From: Diadema antillarum
Lineage: Eukaryota
Reading direction: 5' to 3'
Assembly: GCF_040938485.1 (NCBI RefSeq)
Contig: NW_027272131.1
Coordinates: forward strand, 62,001-126,000
Length of the DNA: 64,000 bases
The notes under the pieces are model-generated. The model had not been told where the DNA came from. It saw only the letters and a list, made by a program, of their open reading frames with translations, and ran no database searches. A program made the position numbers and the translations under genes. Position 1 is the stretch's first letter; every line of letters begins with the position of its first letter. This document shows positions 1 through 15,900 of this stretch, in pieces.

Positions 1-948
1 TCTTGACCCCCCCCCCCCCCTTTTGTGTGCATGTGTGTGTGTGCATGTGTGGGAGGGAGGTGACAGAGAATCAGGATATTTTGGTTCTGGAAGGCATGTC
101 TATTTTTTTACCCCCTTGTTGAATAAGACTTTTAGCAGAATATGTCTTTGATGCAAACATGTATTAGTTGTGAAGAAAGTCATTAGTGGGCACGGAAGTC
201 AGAGAATACGAGGGGGTAGTACAGTACATGATTATGAGTGACAGCCTTTCATACATGGTCCCCTGTCTTGCCTCACCGTGTTTGCCTTGTGCAATGTTCA
301 CACATGCAAAATGATACATGTACTTTGCTTTTGGCACCCCGATGGCATGTCAAATGTGTTTTAAACTCATATCCTTTGAGAACAGTTGCTTAAGTTCAAA
401 TATTTGATGGTTTGTTTATGATTACTGCATTATCAGTATGTGGCAGTGCATCTATACAATGTATTTATGTAGAATGCAACAAAAATACAAAATCAACAGA
501 GGACTGGTCAGTGAAATCAGTCTAATTGTTTAGATGTAGAGGTTTCATGGATGTTAAAGGCACGATGCAGCAATATATTTCAGTGCCTCGTGTCTCATAT
601 TGTGCATTCCAAAACTTTTGAATATTGTGCATTTTTCTTTACTTTTTTTTTTGGGGGGGGGGTTGGATGTGGGAGATGGGAATGGAAAGTGGATTTGTCC
701 ATTCTTGTTTTGTTTTAAAGAGAAGCATGAGACTGATGATTGTTTGAACAGTTACAATGACATGTAAACATGATAAAAATATCTTTATATTATATTGCTG
801 GTTAAGGATTAGTCTTCTATTCCCACCTTGTAAACAAAATTTCATTTCATAGTGAACGAGTAACATGATTTCATTATTATCATTATCATTATTATATTTT
901 GCTCTGTAGTTGATTTGACCAACTTCTGTTTCATTTCCATTTGTGCAG

Positions 949-3900
949 CCATTGAGTCAGATGCCACGTAGCCACAACCCCTACCTGGACCGAGACCACT
1001 GCGTGCTGTGTCACCAGGAGCGCCCTGACCTGCCCGGCAACCGCATCCCTCTAGGGTCTGGCGACGAGAAGGAGAACAACAGGCAGCCACACTCCACACA
1101 TGTAAGCACTGTCTCTCTAGCTGTAGTTTATTAACAAAGGATCAGCAGATGGTATAATGCAGTGTAGTGATAATGACGCTTAGTGTAAGTCAATCCTCTA
1201 TTATAAAAGGAATTGAGAGGTTCATTCATTCAATTGAGTGGTAAAGAAAGGGGAAAACAGCGGGGATGTGTGTAATAGACAGAGACCATAAGTCTGAACC
1301 GGACAGTCACTGGAAGAGTGATATTTGAGATTTGAACCTCACATTGACTTAGTAAGATTGTCGTTCACCCAAGGAGAAGTTGGCAATCAGCATAACAAAT
1401 GATGAAGACAGTGAACAGTTCTGTATGCGCCATATATTTCGCGAGTCTAAATTTTCGCGAATCGGGAATTCCCGACGATTTCGTGAGTGGTTAAATTCGC
1501 GATCATGTAGTCCTGTACTGAACGAAGAAGTGTACACGCGTACGTCACATTCACATCAGGATCAGAGTCAATATTTTCGCGCGTCTTTAATTTCGCGAAT
1601 AGCACCTGACTCGCAAAATTCGCGAAAATAAAAACCTCGCGAAATATTCGGCGTATACAGTATGTACTGTGAGGGTGTTCACTATAAACCAGTATATGCA
1701 TGCATGGAAATTGCATAATCAAGTCTCATTGTCTTCTACATGGACTACACTCTGTTCAGTAGCAGATGGTGTAGAAAAGTAGAATTACACTGTACTTGTT
1801 TCATTCGGCCATATTCATACAAATGAGTCCACGAATGGTGACCCAATGATTAAGGGGCACTGTGGCTGTGTGTACATACCAGGTAGTCATCAGGTCAGAA
1901 CTCCAAATGTTGTGAGAAACAAATTATTATGACACAGCCATCTACTATTTCGTACTTTTTGTATAGATTAGCATGACAGCTAACAAATATATCTTGATAC
2001 AAATAGTAGCTGAAAACAGGTGCTCACTATCAGCAACTGATGTGTATGTTGTAGCATCTTTTTATTATTGCAAACTAATGAAAACCTTTTTCACCAAATC
2101 TGGATGGGGCTGACTAATAGGAAGTGAATATCCAGTGCATTGCAGTGCTTTAATGTGTATGTAGTCTGATATGGAATGGCTGCAGATCTCCAATAGTGAA
2201 CAAGAAAAGATATTCAAAGATTTTATTAATTACAAACACTAATTAGATGTCTGTTAAGGATGATATGATTTCAGATAAAAGAGAAAAGAATCACAGAGGC
2301 AAAGCACCAGTCACAGACATGACCTTCTGGCACTTTACAAGATTCGAGTCTGAAGTGGAAGACTAGCTATGAGGGTTTTGACAGTCGTGAGAGCAAGCCA
2401 TAAGCAGGAAGCTGCAGCTTGTTTGGCCAGAGAGTAACAGGAAAATTGGGGGATCATTTGAAAACGTGCCCTTTTTGTTGCCTGTGAAGCCCTTCCCCCC
2501 TCCCACATCCAGATTGGACGCAGATGTTTGAAGATCATGCATCACTTCTAATCAGTGCTATAATGTGTTTGGGTAGTGTTCCGCCATCATCCATATTGAT
2601 GACTTGCTCTTGATTAGCATTTCTGAAAACACACAAAGTTAGAAGTATCAAGAAGCCCCTGTACAAATTACTGTATGTGCTAAAAATTCTGAGCTAAGAA
2701 TAACAGCTACTTGCATCTAATTCTCAAAGACACGCATCTTATAAATACTGTAGTAGGGACAAGATGCTTTTGCAGATGAGTTAGTAAGCCACAGTGTAAA
2801 TGCTGGTTGTCAGGCCAGGCAATGTTTCTAGGGACTGCATAAAACGAATGATCTCAACAGTAAAGCAAAGCAAACAAGGCTGTAACTTTGCATACCTCAA
2901 GAAAGAAAACTTTCTCACACCTCAAGAAAGAAAACTTTCTCACATGGTAGACTGTAGTATGTATAAATTTTCATGGTAAGCATCACAATTTCACACGATG
3001 CCAAATTAAAATCAATTTTTTTAATGGAATTGGTCCATTAGAGTGTTTTTGAAATCATGTTTTAAAGTATGGCAAATAATTTGGGATACCATTGTATCAG
3101 CAAGGCATTATGCCTTTACATGTCACAATATTTGTTGGTTATGTTATTCATAGCTTCTATTGTAGTCCGTACACTCTGTAAAAACAGAGAATTAATCATT
3201 AAGAATATATCTTTTAAAAATCAGTTTTACAAAACTCATTTTAAACACTTGTTTATACATTGCATCTGTATTTGAAGTAAGTTTCTATGTACAGTCATTC
3301 ATAGTGGATTTGAAGTGAAAACTAAATGTGAAATAAGACTAATGTATCTCATTTCACAGATGCCGTTGTGGTTGTGTCCAAACTGTCAGCGGACTGTACA
3401 ACAGGGCGATGCTGGTACTAAGAGCTTTGATCCTTCAACCTTAGGGGTGAGTGTTTGACCCTTTCTTCTGTGTTCCTTATCCCATCAAACCATTTTTAGT
3501 GCTTCATCTTTTTATTATTTGTTTTCAAACTATCCATTTAGTGTTTCATAAGGTAAAGTGGTGAAATTATCTTTCGATGAGCCTTGTGTTGTGCGTTTGA
3601 TTGTTACAGTTGCAGAATTATAGAGGAGTCTCATGTTTTCCTAATGTTGTAGTCGACTATTAAATGACATCATTAAGAAGATTCAAGTTGTTGTTTCCCT
3701 CTCTTATCGGCAAATTTTTGTAAATTTCTATCTGAATTTGTGCATATTTAATTAATTTGGTCGCTTCCATCATGGAGCTACAAACGTTTGTAGCTCCATG
3801 CTTCCATCTAGTCTTCCTCCAATAGCTGTGAAATACAGGTTCCTTTTTAACAATGGACAAGGTAATACTTTCTACAGCAAACTTCCCCCAGTCCCCAGTT

Positions 3901-6900
3901 TTTATGGGTTACTGTAAACATTGAATATTTCACACGGTTTTTATTTTTGCAAATTCAAAAACACACACAAATCAGCTCTGAGCCGGACATACATGTGACA
4001 TACATGTATACATTTCTCCATTCAGGTTGTACTCCACAATCGCTACTTTAACCACACGCTTAAGTGTTGGGAAGTCCCGGTTTGTGACAAATTAGACTCA
4101 CTAGAAAAATGGCACACACTTTAATGGCATTGACTCCAAAGGTCACTGAATTTCACAGAACTCGTGCTCGAATATTGATGCAAACTTCAAATACGTCTTT
4201 CCATAATGGTTGATACCATCTGTAAGTGCTTTAGTGCAAGGGTGCAAGGTACATACAAGTACTTGGTATAATTACCGGCTTAATCAATCATGTTTCTGAG
4301 CATGCCTCCATGTGTGAATTCTCCCAAAATCATGTCATGTGAAATGGTGAATGGTTTGAGTAAAGCTTGTGCTGTATTTTCCTTCAAACTGTTATGAAGT
4401 TTGGTCAGTGATGTATGATTCTATATCCTGAATTCCTCATTCTTTCCTGTGAAGTTGTACTGCACTTTTGAATAGCTCTGTGGTGGGAATAATTTCCTTT
4501 AGTGTCAGACAAATGGTCATTTTGACCTTGTATTGAGTTTGTGGTTCTATATATATATTTTGTGTGTGCATGTATATTTATAGGTATGAAGAGACCTTGA
4601 ATTTTAGGGTGCTTTAAATCAATATTGCCAAAGCTATCCAACAGTGATATCCACATAAGGGTGACTTCATGGATTTACTTAAAAATCAGAGGCTGAAAGT
4701 TTTTCTTTTCAGATTTTTTTCCCCCCATCACTGTGTAAGTAGCAGCTCTTGAACATAGAATGTATGATGAGTTGTGGTGAAATGCATTTGCAAATTGTTA
4801 TACTGAGCTGATTTTAAAGTAAACAAGACCAGATCATCATATCTGTTGTAGCTTATGGTACTCCAGTGATAAGTGTTCTGTATCGTAATGATGCAAAGCA
4901 TCACTAACACTGGCTCTATGCATTATTTACATGTACTTCTATGAAGGAATCTGGCTTTATTAGCACATTTAAATGAAATAAAGTGATACTATACAGCTCT
5001 GTTGTAGACAGTATGAGAAAGATGTGACTCTTTTTAAATTTGATTCTATTGCGTAATAATATACTCGTTTATATTAATTACATAGTCCGAGAAATAGACT
5101 TTATCCATACAAAGAGCATTGAGTATGATGACTTAGGTTGGTATTGTACATTCTGAATAAATACAGTGTAGTTGATTGAGCTGATGTATTGCATTCTGCT
5201 ATTTTGATTCAAATTTGAACTGAATTTGAATAGGAACAGGATATTATGGTATTAATCCTCATCAATAAATCATCATTTAGCAACATAATTCGTAAGACTA
5301 AATGTTCACATTATGATACGATAATATGGTGTTTCCTGTTTTTGAATTTGTCCACATCGCAGGAGCTTCTGCTACCACCTACACTCCCACTGTACCCCGG
5401 TCTGCAGAATTTTGATGTGACATTTAGTACGTCCCCTGGGGCAGGGGACTCTGTGTCCTCAGTTGTGACCAGCAAGGTGGGAAGTGGGGCTGGGAGTGGG
5501 GGAGGAGTAGGAGGAGGAGGCAGTGCTGTTGCAGGAGGCATAGGTGATGGACCGTGCCAGTGCGAGCCGTGCCGGGAGCGGAGGGAGATCGCAGCGGAGC
5601 AGGAGCATTCGCGCCAGCAGCTTGGGGAGTGTTGGACAGAGCTGAGTCATTTGGTTCGATGTGTGTACTGGGAGGCCGGTACCTCCCTCACAGGTGAGGA
5701 ACACATGGCTTCACTTCATTGCATTCCATCCATTGTTCCTATTGCAATTCATGCATGATGATGATTCTAGCTACAAGTGATGGATAGAGCATTGTAGTCC
5801 ATACTGTATGGAATTTCTCAATTATGTTATTTGTGTAACAGCCACCAAATATACACGCAGCATAATGAAAGACTGCAGTAAACTACTCCAATCAAGATTT
5901 TCAAATGTTTATGGAAAGGATGTTAAGAAAGTTGTGTCAAAACAGAAAGTAGGATGTGGTCATTGTTATACCTTTCTATTTAGTGCTAGGCCTGTGGTAA
6001 GAAACTTCTGGTATTTGTTACACAACCTGTGAGAACTGGATGGAACAGCTGTGAAATATCACCTGGATGAGAAAGAGATATTGTTACCCACATCAGACAT
6101 CTGAGCTGTGGTTTTGCAAAATCGTTTCCCCTTATATTAAGTGCCAGCTGTGAGAAAAAGCCATATTTCTTGTATTCTTCTTTGTACGAAAGCCTAAGGG
6201 ATTTCCATGTTTTAAAGAGAGAGGGGAATATAGCATCCGGGCACTTGAGCACTGGATGATGAAGGTTTGTGGTTGATGAGAGTTTCGCGACAGGGGGCAA
6301 TTTCTCATATGTTAGCACGTTAAAAAGGAGACAATCACTGCAGCTGTCTTCTGTGTGACTGTGTGCACCGTACACGTATGCATGCCGCGGCTTGCCTAAA
6401 CTGTGTATGTGTGCATGCATGGTATGGATGCAGCGCAGTGGTGTAGAGCTCGAACTGGGACTGAGTGGAAATATGTTATATGGAATATGTAAACTGTTAA
6501 CCTAGCACTAAATTCTAATATTGCTCAAGACGTTTAAAATTGGTAATAATAATGATATGGATGGGCTACATTCGGGGAATACGACATTGCCCTCATAGAA
6601 TCGTAATATCGTAAATGTTGTATCCCCTCAAGGCCAGCCCATATCATGATATTGCCTTCAAATTCTTTTCATGGTAGGCAGATAAACTGCATTTAAATTT
6701 GTGTAACACTTTGAAAAATTGAAGAAAAGGGTTCCTTCTGTATTTTTTGTTTCTTTTTGTTTTTATATATTGTTTTACTACTGTAACATCGCATATTGTT
6801 GAAGTGTTCCCATCAAGAGAAGATAGCATACAGAATTAACCAAAACTAAAAAAAAAAAAAAAAAATCTTTAAATTGTGCAATATTCCTCACACTTTTTCA

Positions 6901-9900
6901 GAGTGTTTACTAATCTCGGTGCATGTTCAGGGGAAACTTACTTGTTACTGAGCCACTCAAGTGGATGAGATGTGGGTGTCTTCATGTCATCATTAATGTG
7001 GTGGATGAATTATATATATCTGATATTGGCAACCCAAATCCAATGTGCAGGTGAGGAGAGCACCACCAAGCTGAGTCTTCCACGCATGAAGGAGCTGGTG
7101 CACCGGCTGTGCGCCCACGACCCACACCTCCTCTACCTCTGCCTGGAAGCCGAGGTGGAGGACTTCATCAAGGAGATGCGGGAGCGTCTCCTCAAGCAGC
7201 TGGAAGGGGGCTTCCGCACCCCGCCCCTGGCCAAGCAGTTCATCACCATGCTCCTGGAGGAGTACGCGGCCCTGTGCTCGGCCGCCCAGACCCTTCTGGC
7301 TATTCTCGAAGAACTGGTGAGTGGCATTGAGCTAGCAGTCATATTACGAAGCTCCTATGACCCCATACATGGAAGGGAGGACTGGGATATGGTCAATTAG
7401 GTGGTGCACTCATTCACCCATCTCACAGACCCTTGGTTGGAATCTTAGCCAAGCCTACATTCTGTCCAAGGATGCATTATGAACTCCAGCCCTTGTGACC
7501 TAGGTGTATGAGTGGATACCTGGGAAACATTTCAGGAAGCAAATGTGCTCTTAGCTTATCAGGTGTAAAGATTTCAGTAGCTTATAACAGGCTATCAGAA
7601 ATAAAATATCTGACAGAATGCTTCATAAAATGCCTCTCTGGCAGTACTTGGATGATGATAATGGCAAGGATTCATCATTTTCTTTTACAAGGAACCCATT
7701 TCTGTTTGAAGTATTTCCTTAGTTTTAGCAAACTAGGGTCAACCCTTTAATATCACAGAACAAAATAAGCCTTGTTTTGGTGTGGTTATGTACAGCATTT
7801 GGCTGTGTCTTGCTTCTTGATGTAAATACCATTGTTGTGTACCCTTTCAGGAAAAGGAACACCTGCACAAGTTTAACCTGACATGGCCGCTCCACAACAA
7901 GCACCTGTTTCACTCGCTCATCTACATGGAGCCTGGTCTCCATGACAACCTGGGCACGCTCATCAAGCAGCTGAGGGCCGTGGCCAATCAGAAGGAGCCA
8001 TACTTGGAGGAGAGCTACGCTAGCCTCCTCCAGAGGTGAGTAGAAAAAAGGGGGTCAAGATGGCTCTGAATGATTGCCCAGTGCAGATGTGGAGTAGGGT
8101 ATGTTTGTGACTTGTCAGGCTCCAAAATGTAGCAAGGTTGGCAGGACATGTTCTGACTATGTAGTGTCATACATGAACTGTGACCGAAGGGTCTTCTTCA
8201 AGAATTGTCACTTTTACTCCTACAAGCAAAACTCTGTTGTTTTAAATGTCCCATGGCCCAAGTGTTATCAAACTGGTGTCACTGATAATTTTTTTCCCCC
8301 TTCAAGACATAGTATAATTCTATTTGGAATAAGTAATAGATAGTTTTATTTTGGTCAAGAATGCAATGTGAATACGGGTATTGACCAATTCGGGTTCGTT
8401 GAGGGCAGCAGACATTTTATGGCACTGGGCGCAGCCATGAGGTGTCTCAGCTGACCCCCCTGCTCTCCCCCACCCCCGGGCAACATGTTTATCGCGCACT
8501 TGTAACAAAGGTTCGCGCACTAAGCAAGCATTCGCGCACTCAGTACGAGACGCCCATTGGCTAAAGCAACCATGCATCAGTTTTTCATTCTGCGCGCGTG
8601 CTAACGTAGGTAGAGGGGTGGGGGAGAGGGGAGGGGGGGGGGGTCGGCTAAGACACCGCGTAATGGCGCTGCCCATTTTAAAAATACACATAGCGCGTCA
8701 CAGAATCGGTCAATACGCCATATATTTCATGGTGGCCATATTTCTATGAATTTCATGAGTTGTGAGTGATATTCCTGAAATAACAATATGCCAAAATACT
8801 GCATCCCTCCAACACAAATATAATGTTTATCATCTCCAATATAGGAAATTGCTTTCTCTCGCTCTTGAAAAAAGAACAATGCTCGTGGTCCATGATTTCC
8901 ATGAGAGTATATGAAAATCATGATTATGGAAGTCCTAATTCACAAATTTTTATGCTCATGAAGTATACAATGTATTTGGGAAGCTGTAGCAGGATCATGC
9001 ACTGAATGTGTGTGCTGATGACGGCTCCTCCACTCTCTTCTCTCCGACTCTTCTTGTAATAGGTATCTTCAGTTTGACAATGATATGTCGGTGGTAGGCG
9101 TGGTGTGGAGGGACTGCCAGCAGCTCATCGAGGATTATACCGACGAACAGGTGCGCTATCTCAGTTCTTTCACCCCTTTCCCCACATCTTTATTAAAGGG
9201 AGGGTATAGTATTGGTGCAGATGAGGATTGAGTTTTTAACTTTGTGTGAGATACTAAGAAAACACTGATGACATGTTAAAGAGCATACATTTATTCTAAG
9301 AGGAATTCAAAAATTATTTTATGACAGTTGGTCTTGAAATGGCTTAGATATCCAAAAACAAAGTGAAACAATGGGATCCTAATAAAAGATGGGTCCCACC
9401 TTTTATTAGGATCGCTCTTTATGGATATCTCAGGCATTTCAAAACCAATTTTCATCGAATAAACTTTGAATTCCTCTAAGAATTACATGCTCTTTTATAT
9501 TTCGTAAGAAGTTTCCTCATCTCACAAAAAATTTGGAAACCTGAAGCTCCATCTCAACCAAAACTATACCATCCCTTTCATATGATATGGGAAAAGCTTA
9601 TCAATATTGGAATTACTCCCTACCGAGAGGGGTAACAGAAACATTCCTTTATCTGTCCGTCCGTCCCACCCAGACGTTGGTCTCATGTAGGAAGAAAAAA
9701 GCCTATTCAGTGTGTTTTTGTGATACCAGGTCCAGGTATGGTACACATAAAGTTTCTGTGCTAATTGAACATGGTGCACAATCCCTGAAGGTCAAAGATC
9801 AAAGGTCACTGAAACTCTGGCTAGAAATTACATTATTCAGCTGCAACTTCAGTTGGGAACTTTCATTGGTAATATGATTTGTTAGAAAAAGGTACAAACA

Positions 9901-12900
9901 TATTACCTACATAGGTTGTTAGGGTTTTAGGTCAAAGCAATGGTTACTGTACTTTCACCACAAGAGGTCATTTCCAGCCATTTTTCAGGTGGAAACGTTT
10001 AGTGATAATGTGATTTGGCAGGCAGGGTAGTGAAAAATGAATGATTATTTGCCGTGTAAGTCGCAGTGGTTAAGTCGAAGGCTACTGTACTTTGTTCATT
10101 TTTGCATCTTGATGAAAGGCCATACTTTGGTGATATATATGATGAACAAATGAGAATGCAGAGACATTCCGGTTGACTGTACAGCCATTAACTTGCCTCT
10201 AGTTAGTGAGAAATCTTTTGATTTCTTCCCCAAACAACATTTACATTCATCTTTATGACAGCTGAATTTATCAACATTGTTGCCTTTCAGTAATCTCTAT
10301 CCTTATTGTCCTGATATTAGTGGCATTTTGCCATATTTCGTAGCTGTCAGCTCTGAAGATTCGAAAAGAATATTCCATGATTTGCAGATTAAAAGCTACC
10401 TCTTGTGGCACTCCTGTTTGAATGAATATTACGTGGATGGGAAAAATCTGAACTTGGACTCAAAATTTTTGACGAGTTTCTTACTTGCATGTACATAGCT
10501 GAACTGTATAGTAGAGTGTACCAAAGGGATGATGTCACAATCTTTTGTTTTAGCTTTGGTTGGAACCAGGTGTGAGCATGGTTAGCAGCAATAGTGCTCA
10601 CAGATATTTGGGCTAGGTTAGATTGTTAAGAACCAGTTCTCATGGCGATGAATTGCTATGACATCACACTTTGGTACTCGCTCAAGGTTCAGGTATTAGC
10701 CTATTATTTTAACGTTTGTACTGCCTGCAATGTTGTGTTAGTACGTTGTATGTAGTGTGCCAAATAGGCTATGCATATGTGATATAAATTTTACTCATTG
10801 TAGAATGATTTGAGCATGCAAGGGTAGGATATTAAAAGTTTCAGAGGGCTCAGTGCTAGACATTGAAGAACGGTTTGTCTCTTATATAGGTATGCCTCGC
10901 ACATTGCTGTAAATTTATGTGATTTTATTTTTTGTGTGTGACTCAAAACAGGAATTGTATAAAGGGAAGGATGCACTGAACCGTTCGTGGGATGTGGGTG
11001 TGTCGTCATCCAAATCGTGCCCGCTCTTCTCTGATGCCTCCAAGGCTGCAAACAGCAGGAGCATGTTTCACAGTCACTCAGCTCTGATTGGTCACATGGG
11101 AAACGGAGGCAGCTCGCACGACGCCACGATGAACCACAAGGGCTCAACCAAGAAAAAGTGAGTTTGCAATCAGGAAGTGAAATTGCATACATTGATAGAA
11201 GTGAGTGTCAACTACCTGGACTCCTTTAGGTTTTTGGGGCATGAGATCCCTCGATTTGATATTCTCGTGATACCTCCTAAGCATTTTGTCTTCAAAGTGT
11301 ACTTAGAGGAATTTTTATCAAACAAGAGAAGTTCTAAAGGAATGTCATTTTAATACTGAAGAAGAAGTATATTCATATATGCTAGACTGCTATTTGTCCA
11401 ATGGCAACCAGTTTATACATTGTGATACCTAGATGTTAACTTCATCTAGACTGTTTCAGTGCTCTCTGCATTATTATTACCAGGGGCAGATCCAGGAATT
11501 TATGAATTCTTGCATCAGGTTGTTCTTCTTGCAATTGATTGACAAACTGCCCTTCATCAATGTGAATTAGCACTGATTAATCAGTGTTTTAGTAGTAGGC
11601 ATAATAAAAAAAATCATAAGCATACATACTCAGGCTGGATTCGAACCAACGATTTCCTAATGACTGGACAGGCATCATATTCACTGGATTATTGGCTGGA
11701 ATCAAGCCCAAGTATGTATACCCATGCTTTTTTATCATGGCTACTATGAAAACACTGATTAATCGGTGCTTATTTATGTCAAGGCAGGCCCCTCTCATCA
11801 TGTTGTGTTATGTTTGGTCATGAGTAAACAGTCAAAAGTTTTTGCAGTCAAGAACTAACCGCTCTCTGTCTCTCTTCTCTCACCAAGGTGCCTATGTGAT
11901 GACTGCAGCCTGAATCGCATAACGTCCAGCCTCTTCACCCCCGACCTCTACGAGGAGATTGGCCTCAAGCGGCTGACCGAGGCGGCTCCCGGCGGTCAGC
12001 TGTCGACCCTGGACACGTTTTTCCAGTCCATCAATCCCCCCGACCTGTCTTCCACAACCTCCTCCGAGTGCTCCTCTCAGGAGGATAGCGAGGAAGTCAT
12101 CCCCATCTTCTCTCGGAACGATCTCATCTCGTCGGGGTGAGTTAGCCATCTCCGATTCAGTGGATCCACACATGTAGGAGCCAAAATATGCCAAATCACC
12201 CCTATAGCAAATGGAGTGTAACGCTTATGATGAGCTTACTGCTTTCTGCAATGTGAGAGATAATTACTTTAGGTGTTTTTTTTTTTAATTCATTTATCGT
12301 TATCAATTTTGTGATTGTGTGTTTTCTATTAGTGGAAATGAAAGAGACCGCATTACACATACAGCGTTTGAAAAAAGAACAGCTGTGAGCAGATAAAGAT
12401 GTACAATTTGTGTATTCTAAAAACAAGAAATGCTATGCTGCAGAGAGGTTACTGAGTGTCATTCTGGTGATAAACTTCATAGTTCATATGTATTGAACGA
12501 AATTACGGCGAGTGGCAAATTCTTGGAGATGTATACAACTCGCCATTCTGTTAAAGGCATAATTTACCATTTGCAGAAGAAACAAAAATGCAGCATTATT
12601 GCTTTAAAATAAATCTAAAATGTGAGAAATGGCTAGAAACAACCACTGTAAAAATTTACATCCGCATAACCGATGATAAGTATTGTTAAATACACAAAAT
12701 GTGAACAATAGTTATAATAAAAATGTTTCCAGACTATAAACCGTCTACAGTTATGGTTTAGTGAGAAAAATACTGATATCTCCTTATATTTTAGGCTTTA
12801 TTTCAAAACTTTTGTATGGTAGGATGTTTTGTGACACGACAGACCTACAATTATGCATCAAATGTGATATCTTGAACATTTTTTCAATCACTGCTCCCAA

Positions 12901-15900
12901 AGGTAAACAGGACCTTTAAGGGTGTTGAAAGAGCAGATAAGAGAGTAGTTGTATCACCTTGTTCACTCACGATACAGCTTCTGTTCTCCGCGGAGCGAAG
13001 ACTCGGATGACTCCGACGACCTCGACTCAGAGTCGTCCCCTTCACCGTCCCACGAGAACGCCTTCGAGGAGGAGGAAGATGACGAGGATGGGGAGAGACG
13101 GCATGGCCAGAACCAGTCAAGAGGGAGGGGCAGGCCAGACTGCCGAGCGGCTTCCCCGGGGCAAGTCGGGGAGAGGCAGACTGGTGGTGGGGACTTGAAA
13201 AAGGTGAGCCACCAGCCCTGTCCTCCACAATGCTGATCAAAGTTTGCATGCCATGCAAGATAGTTTGGTCATGTATGGAAGAGTTAAAAGACCTGGGGGG
13301 TGTTTCATAAAGCTGTTCTCAAAGTTACGAATGACTGGTGATCACTTCTGATGTGCTATACTTATCAGAATTTCAATAATTAAGCACAGGAACTGATCAC
13401 CAGTTGTTCGTAAGTCATTCGTAACTTTAAGAACAGCTTTATGAAACCCCCCAGGTAGAGTAGGGATACCATGGACTGGGAAGGCTAGTTTGACTTGGAT
13501 ATATTCGAGAATCTCCGGAACAAATTGTATACACCTTTTTATGCCTCCGCCAACGAAGTGGCCGGAGGCATTATGTTTTCGGGTCGTCCGTCCGTCCGTC
13601 CGTATGTCCGTATGTCCGTCCCGTTTTGTTTTTGTCGATATCTCAAGAACCGTGTGGTGGTTTTACATCAAACTTGGTATGAGGGTATATCCTGGGGGGA
13701 TAATACTTTGTTTGGATTTTACGGTCATTGGGTCAAAGGTCAAAGGTCACAGGTTATTTTGTGAAAAAAAAAGGTTGAAAATTCATGTATTTCTCCATAT
13801 CTCGCAAATGGTTCAAGGTGTCTTCATGGAACGTAGTATATATGCTTGTTCCAATGGGCAGTGATTATCTAGGGAAGTTGGGGGTCATGGTTCAAAGGTC
13901 AGGGGGTCAAATGTCAAGGTCAACTCCTCAAAATATCACTACTTTCCTTATATTTATGCAATGCCTGAAGGTTTTTTTTAAAACTTGATGTATGCATGTA
14001 TTACCCAATATATATTTTGTGGGAAGTTTCTTGCCAAAAGGTCAAAGGTCAAGTGAAAGTGCTGAATTGCACTTTTTCCTCCATATCTCAAAAGTAACTC
14101 AAGGTATCGTCATGAAACTTACATATTTATGCATGTTCAACCTAACAGTGATTCTCTTTGGAACTGTGTGGTCAAAGGTCAAAGGCCAGGTTTAGATAAT
14201 GCTATTTTCCCATTTGATACTGATATTATACTTTTTCTCAATACCTTGAAAATTACTCAATGCATAAACTTATAAAAGGGTCAAAAGTCAAGTAAAAATC
14301 ATCAGTTCCCCAAATACCTGCACTCTGACATTTTAATCATTTATCCAATTGAAGCTAGTTCTAGGAAAGTGAACATTCAGCACATTTGTGTCAAACCTGT
14401 CATTTTAATATTTTGCCAATTGTGTGAAACTGTCATCACACATTGTCAAGACATTGTACTACAGTGTATAGACCTTTTAGGAGAACCATGCATTATGGCG
14501 GAGGCATATCAGTCGCCGTAGCGATATATCTAGTTTACTAATCTCTGTGTATCAATACACACAGCCAAAGAATTGACTGGAGTCGACCATTACAGATGAG
14601 CGCATGCTTTGATGCACATATTTACTGACCAGTGCTATTCTTGGTTTTTAAATGTATCCCAGTGGGCAGTGAATGAAATGGGCCACCCATGAATCCCCAT
14701 GCTACCAGGCCTTTAATGCCACTTTTCATTTAAAATTTGTGATTAATTTTATGTGGGGACCAGTGCGTCTCTGCATTTCAAGCTTTTGATTGTCACTTTT
14801 TTCTGCCAGAGAATTTCTCTCGATACAACTCCAGAATTCTTGAACAAGTGAGGCAATCTCAAGCAGATGTTGTAGTTGTGGCACAATCTGAGGAATTTTT
14901 ATGTCCAAGAAGATTAACTTGTGGTCCCCAACACAATTACAGAATGTATTAAGCCGCCCAGTTGGGATTTCAGTGAGTTTTAAAAATTGTATACTTATGG
15001 AAATAATCATCACAGATTTATCATGTTCATGATCATGTTAATGGAAATGCATAATCTTGGTCTCTCTAGAGTGACTGTAATTTTGACCAATGAAGGCATG
15101 AAATTTAGCTGATGATTATTGCAAATCCACATTGTGTCTTTGTACCCTTTCCAAAATTAGTATCACTACATATTTAGAACTTAAATATTCAGGTAACCAG
15201 TCAATACAAATCTGTCTTCGCATTTACAAATCTATCTTAAAAAGTTTCCATATCAGTGAAAAGATGTTTTCTTGTTGATCATTCATGCAAGAGGTTGTCA
15301 ATACTTCCTGCAGTGAAACCTGTGCAAGGGTGTGTTTTTATGCCAGCCAAAGGATTTCTCACATCTGTAGATAAACCTCTCAATTTCAAAGAAATGTATT
15401 GTTGAATAGAGTAAGGCCATATTTGTTTTTACTTCAGGGGTTTTGACTGCTATTATTTGCTGGGTTTCTTTGTGCAGGACTCTTACATTTCCAATAGTCG
15501 ACCCTGTGAGTGTCACGCCTGTACTGCCAACCTCAGTTCTCATCTCCCTGCTACTACCACAATGACGGCCAACATTGGGGACAAGAATACCCTGCCCAAC
15601 AAGCCCTCGTACCTCTTCTATCCAAACCTCCCAAACCACCAACCACTAGACCTCAGTCATCACGGCATCACTGCCAAACACCCTCTCATCCACCCACACC
15701 TCTATAACATGGCTTCCCAGAAGCCCACCAAGATTCCCAACCACTCCCAGCAAGCATTCCAGCTCAACCTGGATACCACGGACGGCCTCCAGGCCTACAG
15801 TGACTGGAACAGTGCCTACGAGAGTGCGAAGATGGTTCTGCACTCCCACTCACACTCCCATGCCCACTACAGCCATGAGGATGCGCCTGACCTCGTCCAG

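Noticed and set aside
2895-2944. 25-bp tandem duplication in a FAM193 intron
   Set aside because: An ordinary slippage duplication with no associated signal.
5986-6420. 144-aa antisense ORF in a FAM193 intron
   Set aside because: No recognisable domain; it starts in a (CA/TG)-rich low-complexity stretch and has no supporting exon structure.
13490-14195. Plus-strand ORFs of 67-124 aa
   Set aside because: They lie inside the non-coding HINE-like element and include microsatellite-derived RPSVRM repeats.
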